64,000 nucleotides of DNA from Camelus dromedarius (lineage: Eukaryota): contig NC_087437.1 in assembly GCF_036321535.1 (NCBI RefSeq), positions 122,576,001 through 122,640,000 on the forward strand, in the 5' to 3' direction. Every line of letters starts with the position of its first letter. Position 1 is the stretch's first letter. A model generated the notes under the pieces. The model saw only the letters and a list, made by a program, of their open reading frames with translations. It did no database searches and was not told the DNA's origin. A program made the translations under genes and the position numbers. Positions 59,513 to 64,000 of this stretch are shown here, one piece after another.

Positions 59513-62500
59513 GAGGAAGAGAGAAGATGGCGGAGTAGAAGGCCGCTGGTAGCTCACCCTCTCCCACAAATGCACCAAGACTCACATCCACAGACCCACT
59601 CAGCCAACCAGAGCACCTGCAGAACTCTGACAGAACATCGTCCTCTTCAAAAGATAGAGACGCCAAAAATCTGGTAGGAGAAAAGGAAAAAAGAAAGAAG
59701 AAAAGGCAAAGCAGCGCGGGACGGGTCCTGCGGGGAGGGAGCGGCAGAAGAGGACTGGCGCTCGTTCTTTGGGTCTCCCCTCCAACTGAGAGGCCAGCGG
59801 GACAGAGGGGGAGCCTCCGAGGCTTGGATCTGTACAGACCAGCCCTTGACTGGCAGAACTAAGTTAAACGGGCACAGAGGGTCCCCGCAACACCCAGCCT
59901 GAGATGCGGGCTGGCAGCTGGGGGCAGGGCCAGGCTGCCCGAGCTGGTCGGAGGACGGCGTCCCCTGCACTGAGGCAGCCCTGGGGGACTGCAGGGGGCT
60001 GCGCGCCGTGGCTGTGGGTGTACAGGGCAGAACAACGTGGGCCCTCCATAAAACAACACGGTTGATGTGCCCTGGGGGGAAGGGTGCACACCCCCATCTC
60101 TGAAAACCCACGGAAAGTTTTCGGGGGAAGAGAGGCGGGGCTCAGGCACAGCCGCCATATCCTCCGGTGCTTAGCACCCAGGTGGGGGCGGGGGCGAAAC
60201 CTGCATCCGCACCTAAGGACTTAGCAGCCTCAAAAGCCGGACCGAGACTTGTCTACAGCCCGAGGCAGATAGGATCCTTCCGTCCTGGTCCCTCAGAGAA
60301 CTTGCTCCGCCAAGACAAACAAGGAGCTGGGCTCTGGCCCGGAGCAGGGACAAGGCTGTTCCTCGGTCTTCCCTGAGCCCGCCTGCGGATCGCCGACCCG
60401 AGGTGGAGCGCGCAGCAGCACAGAGCAGCGGACTGACCGGTGCTGGGAGAGGGAGGGCGGCCCCCTGCCTTTCCGGCAGGAACGCAGACCCTGACCATGG
60501 TGCTGGGAGGGGGCGCGACCCACCCTCCTACCTGGCCAGTCTGCAACATCTGACTGCGGCATCGGGAGGGGCAGTGACCTGCCCGCCCACAGCAAAGGAG
60601 AGCTGCACCTGACCCAGTGTTGGGAGGAGGCGCGATCTGCTTGCCGACAGGCACTGGGAGCAGCACAGACGAGGGCGCCAACGGGGGGCCTCTGGAAACA
60701 GCAAGCTGAGCTTCCAAAACAGGACGAAGACAGAAAGACTTCACATTAAAAGCACACAGTCTCCAGGAGAACACCAACCCCCCCCCTTTTTTTTTTTTTT
60801 AAATGTGTTTTTAACCTGTTCTATTTTCTATTACCCTCTTAATTTTTACTTCTTAATTCATTTTTATTTCTCTTGGGTTTTGAGGTCCTGTTATTGATTA
60901 CACACAGCTTTCAAATACATCTTTTCCTCTTTCCCCCTTTTTTAAAGGCTTTAAAAGAATGTCTCAACCCAATTGCTATTCTGCTTCAACTTACTCTTCT
61001 ATTATTAATTATACACTCTTTTCAAACCTTTTTTCCTCCCCTCTTTTAAAATTCCTTCTCTCTCTCTCTTTTTTTCCCCTAAGTTTTATTCCTACACAGG
61101 CATTAGATAGATAAACTCCTTAAGGACCAGAATAGATAACTGATACTCCATAGACCACAGTGCCAGAGAGGTATGAGCAAGATGAAGGAGCAGAGAAACC
61201 ATTTCCAATTAAAAGAACAAGAGAAATCCCCTGAAAGAACGATCAATGAAATAGACACTGATAGCCTACTAGATCAAGATTTCAAAAAAGGAGTGATCAA
61301 ATTGCTGAAGGAATTAAAAGAGATAGTGTTTAGAGATATAAAATATGTCAAAAATGAAATTGAAGCTATAAAGAAGAGCCAAGTAGAATGGGTAAACTCA
61401 TTGACCGAGATGAGGAATGATCTAAAGGCTGTGCAAAGCTGACTAGATAATGCAGAGGAACGAACTAGTGACCTAGAAGACAGGACAATGGAAGCACCCA
61501 ATCAGAAGAGCTACAAGATAAACAAATAAAGACAAATTAAAATAGCATAAGGGACCTATGGGATAATATAAAGCATGCCAATATTCTCATAATAGGGGCC
61601 CCAGTAGGGGAAGAAAGATCAAAGGGGACTGAAAAGGTTTTTGAAGAAATCATGACTGAAAACTTCCCAAACTTAAAGAAGGAATCAGATATCCAAGTGC
61701 AGGAAGCTCAGAGGGTCCCAAACAGACCCACATGAAGACATATCATAATCAAGATGGCCAGAGTCAAGGACAAAGAAATGACCCTAAAAGCAGCATGAGA
61801 AAAGCAAAGAGTGAGTTACAAGGGAACCCCCATAAGGCTCTCAGCTGATTTCTCTGCACAAACACTACAGGCCAGAAGGGAGTGGCAAGATATATTCAAA
61901 GTTCTGAATGAAAAAAAGATGCAGCCTAGGATACTTTATCCAGCAAGGCTATCCTTTAGGATAGAAGGAGACATGAAGATTTCACAGACAAGAAAAAGCT
62001 ACAAGAGTTTAGCAACACTAAACCCATGCTAAAAGAAATATTGAAAGTTCTACTCTAAATAGAAAAGCAGCAGGATGCTACAGAAATGAGAAAGTCACAA
62101 CTGGAAAGGTGATAACTCATAAATTACAAATAAAATAAACACAAAGTCATAAAAGTAGACATACAAATCATTGAGAGTGGGAGAGGGAGGCAGGAAAATA
62201 CAGAATTTTTTTTCTTTCTTTAAAAAATTTTTTTCTTGGTAGGATGGGTTTGAGATCATGTTACTATCAGTTTAATAAAAACAGTTATAGTAATGGGCTA
62301 ATAGACTTAAAAAAGAGGGAAACCACAAGCCAAAAACTTACAAGGGAGTCACTAAAACTAAATAAAATTCATGATAATACAAAGGAAAATTACCAAACCA
62401 CAAAAGGAAGAAGAAAGGAACAAAGAGGAAATACCAATTCAACTGCAAAGATAAGTTCAAAATGGCAATAAACACACATCTATCATTAATTACTGTAAAT

Positions 62501-63672
62501 GTTAATGGACTAAATGCTCCAGTCAAAAGGCATAGAGTGGCAGACTGGATAATAAAGCAAGAACCTTCAATATGCTGCATACAATAGACCCACTTTAGGG
62601 AGAAGGACACATATAGATCGAAAGTGAAAGGATGGGAAAGGATATTCCATGCAAATGGAAAAGCCAAAAAAGCAGGTGTTGCAGTACTGATTTCAGACAA
62701 AATAGACTTTAAAACAAAGGCCATAAAGAAAGATAAAGAAGGACACTTTATAGTCATTAAAGGAATGATACAAGATGAGGATATTACACTCATTAATATA
62801 TATGTACCCAATATAGGAGCACCTAAGTACATAATACAATTACTAACAGAGATAAAGGGGGATATTGATGGGAATACAATCATAGTTGGAGATTTTAACA
62901 CCGCATTAACATCACTAGACAGATCTTCCAGACAGAAAATAAATAAGGCAACAGAGAAACTAAATAATACAATAGAAAAATTAGATTTGGTGGATATTTT
63001 CAGAGCTTCACACCCCCCCAAAATAGGATATACATTCTTTTCAAGTGCACATGGAACATTTTCCAGGATTGATCATGTACTTGGGTACAAAAGAAACCTC
63101 AGCAATTTTAAGGAGATAGAAATTATCTCAAGCACTTTACTGACCACAATGCCATGAAACTAGAAATCAACAACAGAGAAACAAAGGAGAAAAAAAGGAA
63201 AGCATGGAGATTAAGCAATATGTTATTAAAAAAAAAACAATGGGTCAATGAGGAAGTCAAAGCTGAAATTAAAAAACACCTTGAGACAAATGACAATGAA
63301 AGCACAACCACACAAAATTTATGGGACACAGCAAAGGCAGTGCTAAGAGGGAAGTTTATAGTGATACAGGCCTTCCTCAAAAAAGAAGAACAATCTCAAA
63401 TAAATGATGTAACCCACCAGCTGAATGAATTAGAAAAAGAACAACAACAAAACAAAACAAAACAAAACAAAACAAAACAAAACAAAACCCAAAAGGCAGG
63501 AGAAGGAAGGAAATTATAAAGATTAGGGAGGAAATAAATAAAATAGCAATTAACAAGACCATAGAATAAATCAACCACCAAACCAAAAGCTGTTTTTTTG
63601 AAAAAGTAAATAAAATTGACAAACCTCTGGCCAAACTCACAAAGAAGAAAAAAGAGAGAGCACAAATTAGCT
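59513..63672 (+). mobile_element. Relatively young L1 with full 5'UTR, disrupted ORF1 (61173-62058) and ORF2 endonuclease region (from 62462), truncated near 63672
   Basis: AAGATGGCGG (YY1) at 59524-59533 and a CpG-rich 5'UTR. ORF1 has a TGA at 61440. ORF2 reads MAINTHLSLITVNVNGLNAPVKRHRV..CCIQ* with TAG at 62585, then IIVGDFNT..FSRIDH. Confidence 0.95.
63448..63488. repeat. (AAAAC)n microsatellite inside L1 ORF2
   Basis: About 8 AAAAC units, directly visible. Confidence 0.9.
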
Positions 63673-64000
63673 CGTAGAGTAAAACCACAATGTAATCATG
63701 CCACAAAAAATCAATACAAAGAAGAAACTGAAATAGAGAGGGGAATGTAAGCGATGTGAGAATGACTTTAGATTTAGAAAGAAGAGAATAGAATGTTCAG
63801 AAGAAATTCCAGAAAGGGCTTAATATCTCCTCTGCAGCCCTGAGACCCCAGTCACACCAGTGTCCTTACCAAAGCCAGTCTGGGTAGCACCCGGTAAGGG
63901 GGGTGACTCACAGGCGGTTCTGAAAACTGATGATATGCTGCCAGAGTTATGGGGAAGGAGCTATGTGACTTCATCTCCCATGGGGCACTAACCAGCTTGT

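Noticed and set aside
60433..60670. CRISPR-like repeat-spacer reading of the periodic array
   Set aside because: The units are degenerate along their whole length, lie inside a mammalian L1 5'UTR, and have no cas genes nearby.
62338..63021. 227-aa - strand ORF and similar hydrophobic ORFs in L1 regions
   Set aside because: Antisense to A-rich L1 ORF2, a common artefact.

Overview
Mammalian genomic DNA; the SINE type suggests a camelid (inference). The window holds three protein-coding genes. S100B is complete on the - strand (two coding exons, 92 aa, plus a non-coding exon 1 in a GC-rich promoter at ~6.7-7.0 kb). PRMT2 is complete on the + strand (CpG-island promoter at ~17.7-18.6 kb, 10 coding exons from 19716 to 48613, ~434 aa, SH3 plus type I arginine methyltransferase domain). 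An intact single-exon vomeronasal type-1 receptor (V1R) lies on the - strand at 54416-55345, convergent with PRMT2. Most of the remainder is transposon-derived: ERVL pol relic, MaLR/MLT, solo LTRs, Tigger1, MER47/Tigger5, MER58, tRNA-derived SINEs and many nested L1 fragments, including two 5'-intact but 3'-truncated L1s. There are no prokaryotic-type systems (CRISPR etc.). The most notable observations are a tandem duplication of the S100B core promoter around a G-rich minisatellite, an intact and somewhat atypical V1R distal to PRMT2, a DNA-transposon relic that appears strongly AT-to-GC shifted, uORFs at the PRMT2 start, an L2-derived PRMT2 poly(A) signal, an inverted SINE pair, and telomere-like relics. 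Repeat family names come from recalled consensus sequences, not a database search, and repeat boundaries are approximate.
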